64,000 nucleotides of DNA from an uncultured bacterium (GTDB lineage Bacteria > Bacillota_I > Bacilli_A > RF39 > UBA660). Position numbers and translations under genes: made by a program. The stretch lies in the NCBI GenBank assembly GCA_945935525.1, contig CAMERI010000005.1:33649-97648 (forward strand). The letters are read 5' to 3'. Below the pieces are notes generated by a model that did not search any database, had not been told where the DNA came from, and saw only the letters and a list, made by a program, of their open reading frames with translations. This document shows positions 8,269 to 17,517 of this stretch, piece by piece. Every line of letters begins with the position of its first letter. The first letter of the stretch is position 1.

Positions 8269-9633
8269 ATGAAGGATAAAAGAATAATATTTGGAATAAC
8301 TTTAGCATTTATATTCCTAGCTAGTGTAGGATTTTCATATGCATATTTTAGCAATTCAATAGTTCAAAATGAAGTAAAAGATCAAGTAGTAGAAACTGGT
8401 ACATTACAACTTACATATACCGATGGACCAGAGATAAATATACAAAATATGAAACCAGGAAATACAATAACTAAAACAATAACTGTTAAAAATACTGGTT
8501 CCTTAGAAGCAAAATATAATATCATATGGCAAGAGCTAACAAATGAGATTACTAATGATGAAATGCTAATTGAAGGAACTTGTACTAGAATAAATGGCAC
8601 AACTGAAGAAGTAGATGGAACTTGTGAAAATATAGTAAGTACTCTAATTAATAGTCTAAAGATTAAAAGAAGTATTTCTATTGAACCAAATATAATACAT
8701 AAATATGATTTAACTATTACTTTTAAAGATACAGATGCTGATCAAAATTATAATCAAGGAAAGAAATTTGGTGGAGTCTTAGGAGTGGAGAATGCTCCTG
8801 AAGTTGTTAATTGCACTTTTGATGGAGAAGTAACGCAAGGTGTTGAGTATGTAAATGGAATATATACGTATAGATATATGCAGGAAAAAAGTGATGCTAA
8901 TACATCAACACTTACTGTTAATTGGAAAAACATGGATGATCTTGGTTGGGGAGTTGCCTTAACAAATCCATTATCTACTGAAGACGTTAGTACTAAAGAT
9001 GTATGTACATATATTAATGATGTACCTGTTATATACATGGGAGGAATGTTTGCATTAAGTCAAGCTAGTAATATAGATTTATCTAGATTGAATACTTCTA
9101 ATGTTATAAGTATGTCTGGTATGTTTGGCTATTCTCAGGCAAGTACTTTAGATTTAAGTAATCTTGATACTTCAAATGTGACTGATATGAGTGGTTTATT
9201 TTATCATTCAAATGCTACTAGTATTAACTTAGAAGGACTAGACACCTCAAAAGTAATACAAATGTGGAGTATGTTTATGAATAGTAAAGTTGCAAATATA
9301 GATTTAAGTAGATTTAATACAAGTAAAGTGACAAGTATGGAAAATATGTTTAGAGATACTTTGTTCACTACACTTAATTTAAGTAGTTTTGATACAAGCA
9401 AAGTAACTGATATGAGTTCGATGTTTAGCAGTTGCAAAAATTTAACGACTATTTATGCAAGCAATAAGTTTATTACTGATAATGTTACTAATTCAACATC
9501 TATGTTTTCGGGTGATAATAAACTAATTGGTGGTGCTAGTACTGTATATGATGCAAATCATATTGATAAAACATATGCTAGGATAGATGGAGGAACTAGT
9601 AGTCCTGGATACTTTACTTTGAAAACTAACTAA
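8269..9633 (+). CDS. secreted surface protein: TasA/camelysin-like N-module (SipW-type signal peptide) fused to BspA-like/DUF285 leucine-rich repeats
   Basis: The signal ends GFSYAYFSN. GTLQLTY...NMKPGNTITKTITVKNTGSLEAKY parallels B. subtilis TasA (AAFND...GTLDLS...NLKPGDKLTKDFQFENNGSLAI). The C-terminus carries about 6 repeats of the type DLSxLDTSNVTDMSGMF. Start at 8269 (AGGTGA RBS), not the 8179 ORF start. Confidence 0.7.
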   Translation: MKDKRIIFGITLAFIFLASVGFSYAYFSNSIVQNEVKDQVVETGTLQLTYTDGPEINIQNMKPGNTITKTITVKNTGSLEAKYNIIWQELTNEITNDEMLIEGTCTRINGTTEEVDGTCENIVSTLINSLKIKRSISIEPNIIHKYDLTITFKDTDADQNYNQGKKFGGVLGVENAPEVVNCTFDGEVTQGVEYVNGIYTYRYMQEKSDANTSTLTVNWKNMDDLGWGVALTNPLSTEDVSTKDVCTYINDVPVIYMGGMFALSQASNIDLSRLNTSNVISMSGMFGYSQASTLDLSNLDTSNVTDMSGLFYHSNATSINLEGLDTSKVIQMWSMFMNSKVANIDLSRFNTSKVTSMENMFRDTLFTTLNLSSFDTSKVTDMSSMFSSCKNLTTIYASNKFITDNVTNSTSMFSGDNKLIGGASTVYDANHIDKTYARIDGGTSSPGYFTLKTN

Positions 9634-9647
9634 TCATAAAATAGTTC

Positions 9648-9676
9648 TTGATACATACAATTTAATATGTTATAAT
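9648..9676 (+). promoter_or_regulatory. sigma-A-type promoter of the rimP-nusA-infB operon
   Basis: TTGATA (9648-9653), 17 nt spacer, TATAAT (9671-9676). Confidence 0.6.
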
Positions 9677-9690
9677 ACATTTGACAACGA

Positions 9691-9720
9691 AGAGTGGGCC
9701 TAAAACCCACTCTTTATATT
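9691..9720 (+). promoter_or_regulatory. leader hairpin (attenuator-like) upstream of rimP-nusA
   Basis: AGAGTGGG-CCTAAAA-CCCACTCT followed by TTATATT. It lies between the promoter and the rimP start. Confidence 0.45.
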
Positions 9721-9739
9721 GATATGATAAGGAGGTCTT

Positions 9740-9997
9740 ATGGAAGAGAAGATTTATGATGCTGTTAAGGAACCACTTGAAAAAGAAAATATTAAATTAG
9801 TAGGTGTTCACTTTGGAGAAGAAGATGGTGAAAATACATTATTTGTAACTATTGAAAACTTTAATGGTGAACCAGTAGACACAGATTTATGTGTTAAAGC
9901 TACAAAAATAGTTGATCCAATTATTGATAGTCTAGACTTAGATTTAGAGAATTATGTACTAGATGTCGGAAGCAAAGGAGAAGAAGGAAATGAGTAA
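9740..9997 (+). CDS. rimP: short RimP-like ribosome maturation factor (N-terminal domain only)
   Basis: Positioned immediately upstream of nusA. NYVLDVGSKGEE resembles the RimP Y.LEVSSPG motif. At 85 aa it is well short of the usual 150 aa or so. Confidence 0.55.
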   Translation: MEEKIYDAVKEPLEKENIKLVGVHFGEEDGENTLFVTIENFNGEPVDTDLCVKATKIVDPIIDSLDLDLENYVLDVGSKGEEGNE

Positions 9998-11132
9998 AAA
10001 GTTAAAAGAAGAAGATGCAGCAGTAGCAAGCGCTAAAGAATTTAAAAAAGCATTAGAATTCATAGTAAAAGAAAAAGGTATAGATGAAGATGTAGTTATT
10101 GAAGCTATGCAAACTGCTTTAAGTACTGCATATAAGAAAAATGAAAAAGCTGATTATAATAGTCGTGTATTAATAGATAGAAATACTGGAGAAATTAAAG
10201 TATTTAAAGTTACTACTATAGTAGATGATTACAAAGATGATGATGATGATATAGACCCAGAAACTGGAGAAGTTAAAGTAAGTCATGATTACTTAAATGA
10301 AATGACTATTAGCGAAGCTAAAGAAATAAATAGTGACTATCAAGTAGGCGATGAAATACTAGAAGAAGTTACTCCTAAAAACTTTGGTAGAGTAGCTATT
10401 TCAGTTGCTAAACAAGTAGTACTTCAAAAGATTCGTGAAGCTGAACGTGAAAAAGTTATGGCAGATTTTGCTGATAAGGAAGATGAATTAATGGTAGGAT
10501 TCCTTGCAATGGAAGATGCTAGAAACTATTACGTAGATTTAGGAAAAGCACGTGGAATACTTCCAAAGAGTGAATTAATTCCAGGTGAAAAGTTAACTAT
10601 GGGAGACTCTATAAAAGTATATATTACTAAAATAGAAAGTACACCTAAAGGACCACTTATTTTAACATCAAGAAAGAATTATGGATTTGTTAAAAGATTA
10701 TTTGAACATGAAATTCCTGAATTTAGTGATGGAACATTAGAACTTCGTGGAGTTGCTCGTGAAGCAGGTGTAAGAAGTAAAGTAGCTGTTGCTTCAACTA
10801 ATCCAAAAGTAGATCCAATTGGAAGTTGTATTGGTGAAAAAGGAAGAAGAATTGCTAATATAATTAATGAACTTGGTGGAGAAAAAGTAGATTTAATAGC
10901 ATATTCTGATAATATGGAAGAATTTATTGCTAATGCATTAAGTCCTGCTAAAAATTTAAATGTTAGTATTACTGATGAAAAGAAGAAAGAAGCATTAGTA
11001 ATAGCTGATGATGAAAATTTAAGTTTAGCAATTGGTAAGAAAGGAATTAATATTAAATTAGCTAGTAGACTTACTAAATATACAATTAATATTAAGACTT
11101 TAGCAGATATAAATGCTGAAATAAATAAATAA
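9990..11132 (+). CDS. nusA: transcription termination/antitermination factor NusA
   Basis: S1 and KH domain motifs (GRVAISVAKQVVLQKIREAERE, DPIGSCIGEKGRRI, AIGKKGINIKLASRLT). Start at 9990 follows AAAGGAGAAGAAGGAA; 9963 is an alternative start. Confidence 0.95.
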   Translation: MSKKLKEEDAAVASAKEFKKALEFIVKEKGIDEDVVIEAMQTALSTAYKKNEKADYNSRVLIDRNTGEIKVFKVTTIVDDYKDDDDDIDPETGEVKVSHDYLNEMTISEAKEINSDYQVGDEILEEVTPKNFGRVAISVAKQVVLQKIREAEREKVMADFADKEDELMVGFLAMEDARNYYVDLGKARGILPKSELIPGEKLTMGDSIKVYITKIESTPKGPLILTSRKNYGFVKRLFEHEIPEFSDGTLELRGVAREAGVRSKVAVASTNPKVDPIGSCIGEKGRRIANIINELGGEKVDLIAYSDNMEEFIANALSPAKNLNVSITDEKKKEALVIADDENLSLAIGKKGINIKLASRLTKYTINIKTLADINAEINK

Positions 11133-11149
11133 TCATAAGGAGGGTAAAC

Positions 11150-11407
11150 ATGAAAGTTAAAAAAGTCCCTATGAGAACTTGTGTAATAACACATGAAAAA
11201 TTAGAAAAAAGAGATTTACTTCGTGTAGTAAGAGACAACGAAGGAAATGTATTTGTAGACGATACAGGTAAAGCTAATGGACGTGGAGCTTATGTTAAAA
11301 AAGATAAAGAAGTTATAGAAAAAGCTCGTAAATCAAAAGCACTTGAACGTCATTTAGAGGTTAAAATAGAAGATAATATTTATGATGAATTAATTAGTAA
11401 AATATAA
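11150..11407 (+). CDS. ylxR: YlxR/RnpM family RNA-binding protein (DUF448)
   Basis: PMRTCVITHEKLEKRDLLRVV...GRGAYV, and the conserved position between nusA and infB. Confidence 0.85.
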   Translation: MKVKKVPMRTCVITHEKLEKRDLLRVVRDNEGNVFVDDTGKANGRGAYVKKDKEVIEKARKSKALERHLEVKIEDNIYDELISKI

Positions 11408-11430
11408 TTAAAGAAAAGGAGGAAATAAAT

Positions 11431-13554
11431 ATGAGTATAAAAGATTACGCTTTAGAATTAGGAGTAGATACTAAAACTGTTATTAGTAAACTTAAAGAAC
11501 TTGGCTTTAAATATAATAATGAAGAAGATATTCTAGATGATGAAGCTATAATTATGTTGGATAATGAACTTAGCGCTAACTCAGAAGAAAATAATCTTAC
11601 TGAGGAATTAGCAAGTAAGTTTGAATTAGAGGATAGAGCTGAAGAAGCTGCTCTTGCATACAACATAGAATTAGATGAAGAAGTTAAGGTTAAGGAAAAA
11701 ATAAAGAAGAAAGATAATAACAATAAACAAAGTAATGATGATTTATCACAAAAGAAGAAAAATATTTATAAGAATAAATCTAAATTACAAAGTAATAAAG
11801 AAGAAGTAGAAAGTAACGTAGTTTTATATAAAGAAGGTATGAGTGTATCAGATTTAGCTAATGCAATTGGTGTTAGTGCATCAGATGTAGTAAAGAAGTT
11901 AATTGGTATGGGACTTATGATATCTTCAAATCAAGCTATTTCTTTTGATGATGCTAGTGTAGTAGTTCTTGAATATAATAAAGAATTAGTTAAAGAAGAA
12001 ACTACTGATATTACTAATTTTGAAGAATATGTAATAAATGATAAAGAAGAAGATTTACTTCCTAGACCTGCAGTTGTAACTATTATGGGTCATGTTGATC
12101 ATGGTAAGACTACATTACTTGATTACATTCGTAATTCACATGTTGCTCAAGGAGAAGCTGGTGGTATTACTCAAGCAATAGGTGCATATCAAGTAGAAAG
12201 AAATGGTCGTAAGATTACATTTATAGATACTCCAGGACATGCTGCATTTACTGAAATGAGAGCAAGAGGAGCTAGTGTTACTGATATAGTAATTATTATA
12301 GTAGCTGCTGATGATGGAGTTATGCCTCAAACAAGAGAAGCAATTGATCATGCTAAAGCAGCAGGAGTACCAATTATAGTTGCAATTAATAAAATTGATA
12401 AACCACATACTAATATAGATAAAATAATGAGTGATATGAGTGAACTTAATCTTGTTCCTGAAGAATGGGGAGGAGATACTATATTTGTTCGTATGAGTGC
12501 TCAAACTGGTGAAGGTGTAGATTTACTTTTAGATAATATTAATGCTTTAAGTGAGCTTTTAGATTTAAAAGCAAATCCTAATAGATATGCTAGTGGTTCT
12601 GTTATAGAAGCTAGACTTGATAAGAATATTGGACCAGTTGTAACATTATTAATACAAAATGGTACTTTAAGACTTGGAGACCCTATTGTTGTAGGTACAA
12701 GTTATGGTAAAGTTCGTACATTAAAGGATGACACTGGACGTGAAATAGTTAGTGCTGAACCTAGCAAACCAGTTGAAGTAACCGGACTTGAAGATGTACC
12801 AGTTGCTGGAGATAAATTTATGGCATTCGAAGGAGAAAAAGAAGCAAGAAGCGTTGCTATAAAGAGAAAAGAACATGAAAAGAGTAAGAGATTTGCTCAT
12901 AAAGCATTAAGTTTAGATGAACTATTTGATCAAATTAAAGAAGGTCGTAAAGAAATTAATGTTGTTCTTAAGACTGATGTTAAGGGTAGTGAAGAAGCAG
13001 TTAAGAATGCTTTATTAAAGATACATGTTGATGGCGTTAAAATTAATGTTATTAGAAGTGGAGTGGGTACTATTACTGAAAGTGATGTTGTACTTGCTAA
13101 TGCATCTAATGCAATTATTATAGGATTTAATGTTAGTCCTTCTAAAGCTACTAAAGAAACTGCTAAAAGTTATGGAGTTGAAATAAGACTTTATAATATT
13201 ATTTATAAATTAGTAGAAGAAATAGAAGCTGCTATGAAGGGTATGTTAGATCCTGAATATGAAGAAGTAGTTATTGGAGAAGCAGAAGTAAGACAATTAT
13301 TCCATTTCTCTAAAGTTGGAAATATAGCTGGTTCTCACGTAACTAGTGGAGTTGTTAAAGTTGGTACACCTTGCAGAATTATTCGTGATGGTATAGTAAT
13401 TGCTACTTCTAAGATTGCTACACTTCAAAGAGAGAAAGATCAAGCTCATGAAGTTAAAGCTGGATATGATTGCGGTATGACTATCGAATCATTCCCAGAT
13501 ATTAAAGAAAAAGATATTATTGAAGCATTTGAGAATAGGGAAGTGAAGAGATAA
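11431..13554 (+). CDS. infB: translation initiation factor IF-2
   Basis: GTPase motifs [21 protein letters not shown], and the conserved C-terminal domains. Confidence 0.97.
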   Translation: MSIKDYALELGVDTKTVISKLKELGFKYNNEEDILDDEAIIMLDNELSANSEENNLTEELASKFELEDRAEEAALAYNIELDEEVKVKEKIKKKDNNNKQSNDDLSQKKKNIYKNKSKLQSNKEEVESNVVLYKEGMSVSDLANAIGVSASDVVKKLIGMGLMISSNQAISFDDASVVVLEYNKELVKEETTDITNFEEYVINDKEEDLLPRPAVVTIMGHVDHGKTTLLDYIRNSHVAQGEAGGITQAIGAYQVERNGRKITFIDTPGHAAFTEMRARGASVTDIVIIIVAADDGVMPQTREAIDHAKAAGVPIIVAINKIDKPHTNIDKIMSDMSELNLVPEEWGGDTIFVRMSAQTGEGVDLLLDNINALSELLDLKANPNRYASGSVIEARLDKNIGPVVTLLIQNGTLRLGDPIVVGTSYGKVRTLKDDTGREIVSAEPSKPVEVTGLEDVPVAGDKFMAFEGEKEARSVAIKRKEHEKSKRFAHKALSLDELFDQIKEGRKEINVVLKTDVKGSEEAVKNALLKIHVDGVKINVIRSGVGTITESDVVLANASNAIIIGFNVSPSKATKETAKSYGVEIRLYNIIYKLVEEIEAAMKGMLDPEYEEVVIGEAEVRQLFHFSKVGNIAGSHVTSGVVKVGTPCRIIRDGIVIATSKIATLQREKDQAHEVKAGYDCGMTIESFPDIKEKDIIEAFENREVKR

Positions 13555-13892
13555 TGAATTTAAAAGGTGAGAGAGTAGCTTCAGATATGCAAAGAGAACT
13601 TGGTAATATTTTACTTCTTGAAGCTAAAGATGAAGATTTTAAACATGTAACTATTACAGATTGTGAAGTAACTAATGATTTAAGTTTTGCTAAGATATAC
13701 TTTACTACTACTGATGATAGGGAAAAGGTTACTAAGGACTTAAATAATGCTGCTGGATTCTTTAGAAGTCTACTAGCAGAAAGATTACAAATTAGACATA
13801 CTCCAGAGTTAAGATTTATATTTGATGAATCTATTGAGTATGGACAAAAGATTGAAAAAATTATTGAGAAGTTACACGAAGAAGATAAATAA
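13554..13892 (+). CDS. rbfA: ribosome-binding factor A
   Basis: RVASDMQRELGNIL...VTITDCEVTNDLSFAKIYF...RHTPELRFIFDES, located downstream of infB. Confidence 0.9.
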   Translation: MNLKGERVASDMQRELGNILLLEAKDEDFKHVTITDCEVTNDLSFAKIYFTTTDDREKVTKDLNNAAGFFRSLLAERLQIRHTPELRFIFDESIEYGQKIEKIIEKLHEEDK

Positions 13893-13907
13893 ATAGTTAG
13901 GTGGGTT

Positions 13908-14210
13908 ATGGAAAAATTAAAATGTGCTAATCTATGCGGTTGTATGTCTAAAATGATGCTAATAGATTTAGTTCGTGAATATAGAGAAGGATTTATGCTT
14001 TCTAATTTTGTAGATGATGTTCATGAAGGACAACTTTGTATAGTAAATGATGAAATAGTTGATGAAGGTGATTATGATCAAGATGGAAATTATCAAACTA
14101 ATTTTCAAGTTAAGAAAACACTTTATCCTATAGAATATTGTCCTTGTTGCGGAAAGAGAATAGAATACAAGCCAGTAATGGATAAGCCATATATGAGAGA
14201 ACTAAAATAA
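13908..14210 (+). CDS. small Cys-rich hypothetical protein (possible zinc ribbon)
   Basis: GGTGGG RBS. CANLCGC near the N-terminus and CPCCGKR near the C-terminus. I recognise no family. Confidence 0.45.
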   Translation: MEKLKCANLCGCMSKMMLIDLVREYREGFMLSNFVDDVHEGQLCIVNDEIVDEGDYDQDGNYQTNFQVKKTLYPIEYCPCCGKRIEYKPVMDKPYMRELK

Positions 14211-14236
14211 CGCTTTACGCAAGCGTTATTTTTTTC
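14209..14236 (+). terminator. rho-independent terminator of the nusA-infB-rbfA operon
   Basis: AACGCTT-TACGC-AAGCGTT followed by ATTTTTTTT. Confidence 0.8.
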
Positions 14237-14247
14237 TTATTTAAATA

Positions 14248-14331
14248 TTTACTATAAATAGTAAATATGGTATATTATTGTTAGTGAAATGCACCCCCTG
14301 AAGAGATACCGAAAGGTATCTCATTTTGTTT
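14248..14331 (+). ncRNA. possible very short transcript: promoter plus terminator hairpin
   Basis: TTTACT, 17 nt spacer, TGG-TATATT (14271-14276), then GAGATACC-GAAA-GGTATCTC-ATTTTGTTT (14303-14331). No ORF. Confidence 0.25.
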
Positions 14332-14366
14332 ATTTAAGGGCATTTTACTTATTTTTGGTAATACGC

Positions 14367-14386
14367 TACCCATCAAATACCCATCA
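14367..14386. repeat. left-end repeat, 2 x TACCCATCA (candidate att/arm sites)
   Basis: TACCCATCAAATACCCATCA sits immediately beyond the integrase stop codon. The 12-mer TACCCATCAAAT recurs at 20136-20147. Confidence 0.5.
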
Positions 14387-14388
14387 TT

Positions 14389-15597
14389 TTATGATGATTC
14401 ATCATTATTTTGATTATAATTATGTTCTAGATTATCAAAGAATTTTGGAACATTAGCCATCTCCTTTTTAAATAAATGTGTATATGTTTCTAATGTTTCT
14501 GTTGTCTCTGAATGACCTAGATAATTTGAAATAGCAGTTATTGGTGCTGCATTTGATATTAGAGCAGAAGCACAAGAATGTCTAAAGTCATGTATCCTAA
14601 TATGCTTAACTCCTGCTAGTTTTTGATATTTGTCTCTTCGACTATATATCTGATGATAGGAAATAGGTGTATCATCTCCAAAAACAAACCATGTATTTTT
14701 AAATTTACTAAAGAACTGATTGTTCTTTTTTAATTGCTCTAATTCCTTCATTAATACTGATGGAATAGGAATAGTTCTATTTGATGATTCTGTTTTAGGG
14801 CTTGAGATGTACCATTCACTATTTGCATTATTTGTAGATGGATTTAATACTTGTTGTGCAACTGTTAAAGTGCTGTTTTTAAAATCAATATGTTTCCATT
14901 GGAGTCCTCTTGCTTCAGATCTTCTTAGTCCACAATAATATAATATTTGAAATAAACATCTATCTCTTAAATATTCTATAACAGATAAGAATTTATAAAA
15001 TTCATCAGGTTCATAAAATTCCATTTCTTTTTTTATAGCACCTGGTGTTTTAAATGGCTCTAACTTGTTATAAAATTTTCTTAAGTTAAAATCCCATTGT
15101 TTTTCTGCAAAATTTATAACTTGTTTAATAAACTTTTGTATATCATTCTTATATCTATCACAAAGATTAGTTTTATTCATTTCTTTTCTCCATTTTTGAT
15201 ATAAATCCCAATTTAAATTGACTAATTCAACATTATCAAATAATCCCATATAAGCGATTCTATCTCTATATGTTTTAAGAGTAGAATCTTTTATTTTATC
15301 TTTTTGATATTCATAATATATTGTATAAGCCTCTTTAAATGTCATATGAGGATTAACATCTATATCTTTATATTTCTTTAAATATTCTTCCTCAGCCTGT
15401 TCAGCTTCTTTTTTTGTATAGTAAGTTGGAGACTGATATTGATGTCTTTTTCCATCTAATCCTTTGCTATATGCTACGAATGCCCATGATCTACCATCTT
15501 TAGTTACTTTATTTCCTTTTAATTGTCTTACAGACATAAATTTCTTTTTACCTCCTTTGTTTATATCTGCAAAAACATCGTGACTATATTTTATCAT
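14389..15597 (-). CDS. tyrosine site-specific recombinase (phage-type integrase)
   Basis: GLRRSEARGL (catalytic Arg), IRIHDFRHSCASALI (H-x-x-R), LGHSETTETLETYTHL (His and Tyr nucleophile). Confidence 0.9.
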   Translation of the reverse strand: MIKYSHDVFADINKGGKKKFMSVRQLKGNKVTKDGRSWAFVAYSKGLDGKRHQYQSPTYYTKKEAEQAEEEYLKKYKDIDVNPHMTFKEAYTIYYEYQKDKIKDSTLKTYRDRIAYMGLFDNVELVNLNWDLYQKWRKEMNKTNLCDRYKNDIQKFIKQVINFAEKQWDFNLRKFYNKLEPFKTPGAIKKEMEFYEPDEFYKFLSVIEYLRDRCLFQILYYCGLRRSEARGLQWKHIDFKNSTLTVAQQVLNPSTNNANSEWYISSPKTESSNRTIPIPSVLMKELEQLKKNNQFFSKFKNTWFVFGDDTPISYHQIYSRRDKYQKLAGVKHIRIHDFRHSCASALISNAAPITAISNYLGHSETTETLETYTHLFKKEMANVPKFFDNLEHNYNQNNDESS

Positions 15598-15605
15598 TAA
15601 TATAG

Positions 15606-17045
15606 TTATAATTCATAGTCATCGTGTGATTTTTGCTTGTTTTGTTCTTTATGACTACTAATGGTATTGCAAATAGATTCAAAAAATTCTATTGATTCTT
15701 TTTCTTCAATATGATTTTTTTTGACTAATTCTTCTGGCAGATTAACAAGTTTTTTAATAGCACGAAAAGCTGCATTTAAAGCATGAACAAATCTATTGAT
15801 TTTATCATTTAAAAAATCCACTACATTATTTAAATAGTGAATTTCTTGCTTTTGATCTTTAATTGTTTTTTCATGTTTATTAATTATTATATCTTTCTCT
15901 TTAATTGTATTATAAGCTTTTTGCAATTCTTTACCAGATTTTAAACCATTAACTTGATCATTTAATTTTTTTATTTCAATATCTTGCTTTCTAATAGTGT
16001 TCTTAGAAGATAGATTTTCTTTATTTACTTCTTTAGTATAACTAATAAGTTTCTCTATATCTTTATCCTTATATCTTTTAAAAACGTCCTTAGAAGGCGA
16101 TAATACTTCTTCTTGATTAAGATTTAGTATTTCTTCATTTGTTTTTAAATTAGCATTATTTATGCTTTCATAATGCTTAATTTCTCGTTGTAAGTTTTTA
16201 ATTTCTTTTTTAGTTTCTTTTAATTTATGTTCAGCTTTAGTTTGATGTTCTACATTAGCACCAACATTACCTCTATATAAATTAAAACCTTTTGAGGTAA
16301 TATATTCATTATATTTATCTTGAACTCTAGCATAGGATGATTTACCACCTAAATCTTTCCAGAATTGATCAAGATTTAGGAATTTGCCGGTTTCGGTTTT
16401 ATATATAGCTTTACCATTTTCATCTTTAGCTATGATAGGCACCATCTTTTTATTTCCATCTTTACCAGTAATCTCTTTTTTTAATATATTACCGTATTTA
16501 TCAGTTTCAAATACTTTCCTTTGAACTGAGTTTACTACTGGAGTGTAATAAAAATGCATATGTGGAGTATTTTCATCAAAATGAATTCCAGAATAAACAA
16601 CATTTTCTTTACCAACTAGATTACATAAGAATTCATGTGAGTATCTAAAATATTCTAAAACTTTTTCTGGAATATCATATTCAGAATTTATATTAACTCT
16701 TTCAATAGGTTCACCAGCATGTTCACCATATTGATGTACTTCTTCAGTAGGTACAAATTGCATACCTAATGATTTAAAAAATTCTTGTCCACTAGTTACA
16801 ACAACTCCACCAATTAAATTGATATTCTTTTTATTTTCTCCATATTGTACTTCATTAGATTTAAGAGTAGAGTAGACCTTACTCATTAAAGTTTGATTAT
16901 TTAAAGATACAAATTCTATATTATATTTAGTTCTTTCTAAATCATAATTACCTGTACCTTTTCTATCTTTAAGTTCTACACCAAGTCCTCCTAAATCCGA
17001 TGCTTTATATTTTTCAAATCTCATTACTTGATTTCCATCGAACAT
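15606..17045 (-). CDS. MobV-family (Mob_Pre) mobilization relaxase
   Basis: The N-terminus MRFEKYKASDLGGL and the motif GIHFDENTPHMHFYYTPVV (HxDExxPHxH) are MobV signatures. The C-terminus is a long coiled coil. Confidence 0.85.
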   Translation of the reverse strand: MFDGNQVMRFEKYKASDLGGLGVELKDRKGTGNYDLERTKYNIEFVSLNNQTLMSKVYSTLKSNEVQYGENKKNINLIGGVVVTSGQEFFKSLGMQFVPTEEVHQYGEHAGEPIERVNINSEYDIPEKVLEYFRYSHEFLCNLVGKENVVYSGIHFDENTPHMHFYYTPVVNSVQRKVFETDKYGNILKKEITGKDGNKKMVPIIAKDENGKAIYKTETGKFLNLDQFWKDLGGKSSYARVQDKYNEYITSKGFNLYRGNVGANVEHQTKAEHKLKETKKEIKNLQREIKHYESINNANLKTNEEILNLNQEEVLSPSKDVFKRYKDKDIEKLISYTKEVNKENLSSKNTIRKQDIEIKKLNDQVNGLKSGKELQKAYNTIKEKDIIINKHEKTIKDQKQEIHYLNNVVDFLNDKINRFVHALNAAFRAIKKLVNLPEELVKKNHIEEKESIEFFESICNTISSHKEQNKQKSHDDYEL

Positions 17046-17094
17046 TATTTACCTCCTTGATGTATTGAAAAAAATATTTTTTAGTTTATATAAG

Positions 17095-17125
17095 TTGACA
17101 AAAGTATAATTTTAGAGTTATACTT
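17095..17125 (+). promoter_or_regulatory. promoter/operator region of the XRE-ImmA module
   Basis: TTGACA (17095-17100) is followed by the perfect 8 bp inverted repeat AAGTATAA-N8-TTATACTT (17102-17125), which overlaps the -10 region. Confidence 0.4.
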
Positions 17126-17175
17126 ATGTCAAGTAAGAGAGATAAAAGTATCTTACTAAGAAAGGGAGCACAAAT

Positions 17176-17502
17176 ATGGAAGGGAAATTTGTAGAAAGAT
17201 TAAAAGAACTTATTGCGAGAGAAGATATCAAACAAAAAGATCTTGCTGAAGACGTAGGTATTACTGAAGCTGCATTATCAAGATATATGAAAGGTGATAG
17301 AACTCCACATGGTGAAACATTATGTAATCTTGCTACTGCTCTACATACTACAACAGATTACTTATTAGGTAGGGAAGATAAAGAAGATTTTAATAAGGAA
17401 ATCAGTTTTAATGAAATGCAAGGCTTACTTGCAAGAAGTTCAAAGAATTATTCTAGTGATCAAAATGATGAATTAATGCGAATAATTTTAAAAAACAAAT
17501 AA
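17176..17502 (+). CDS. XRE-family helix-turn-helix transcriptional regulator
   Basis: LKELIAREDIKQKDLAEDVGITEAALSRYMKGDRTP is a classic Cro/CI-type HTH. Confidence 0.85.
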   Translation: MEGKFVERLKELIAREDIKQKDLAEDVGITEAALSRYMKGDRTPHGETLCNLATALHTTTDYLLGREDKEDFNKEISFNEMQGLLARSSKNYSSDQNDELMRIILKNK

Positions 17503-17517
17503 TCAGGAGGTGAATTT

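Noticed and set aside
8123-8308. The minus-strand 61-aa ORF, and the long N-terminal extension (start at 8179) of the TasA-like gene.
   Set aside because: This region holds a good promoter (8225-8253) and an RBS for the ATG at 8269. The paralogues all begin with MK(D/Y/M)K directly before the signal peptide.
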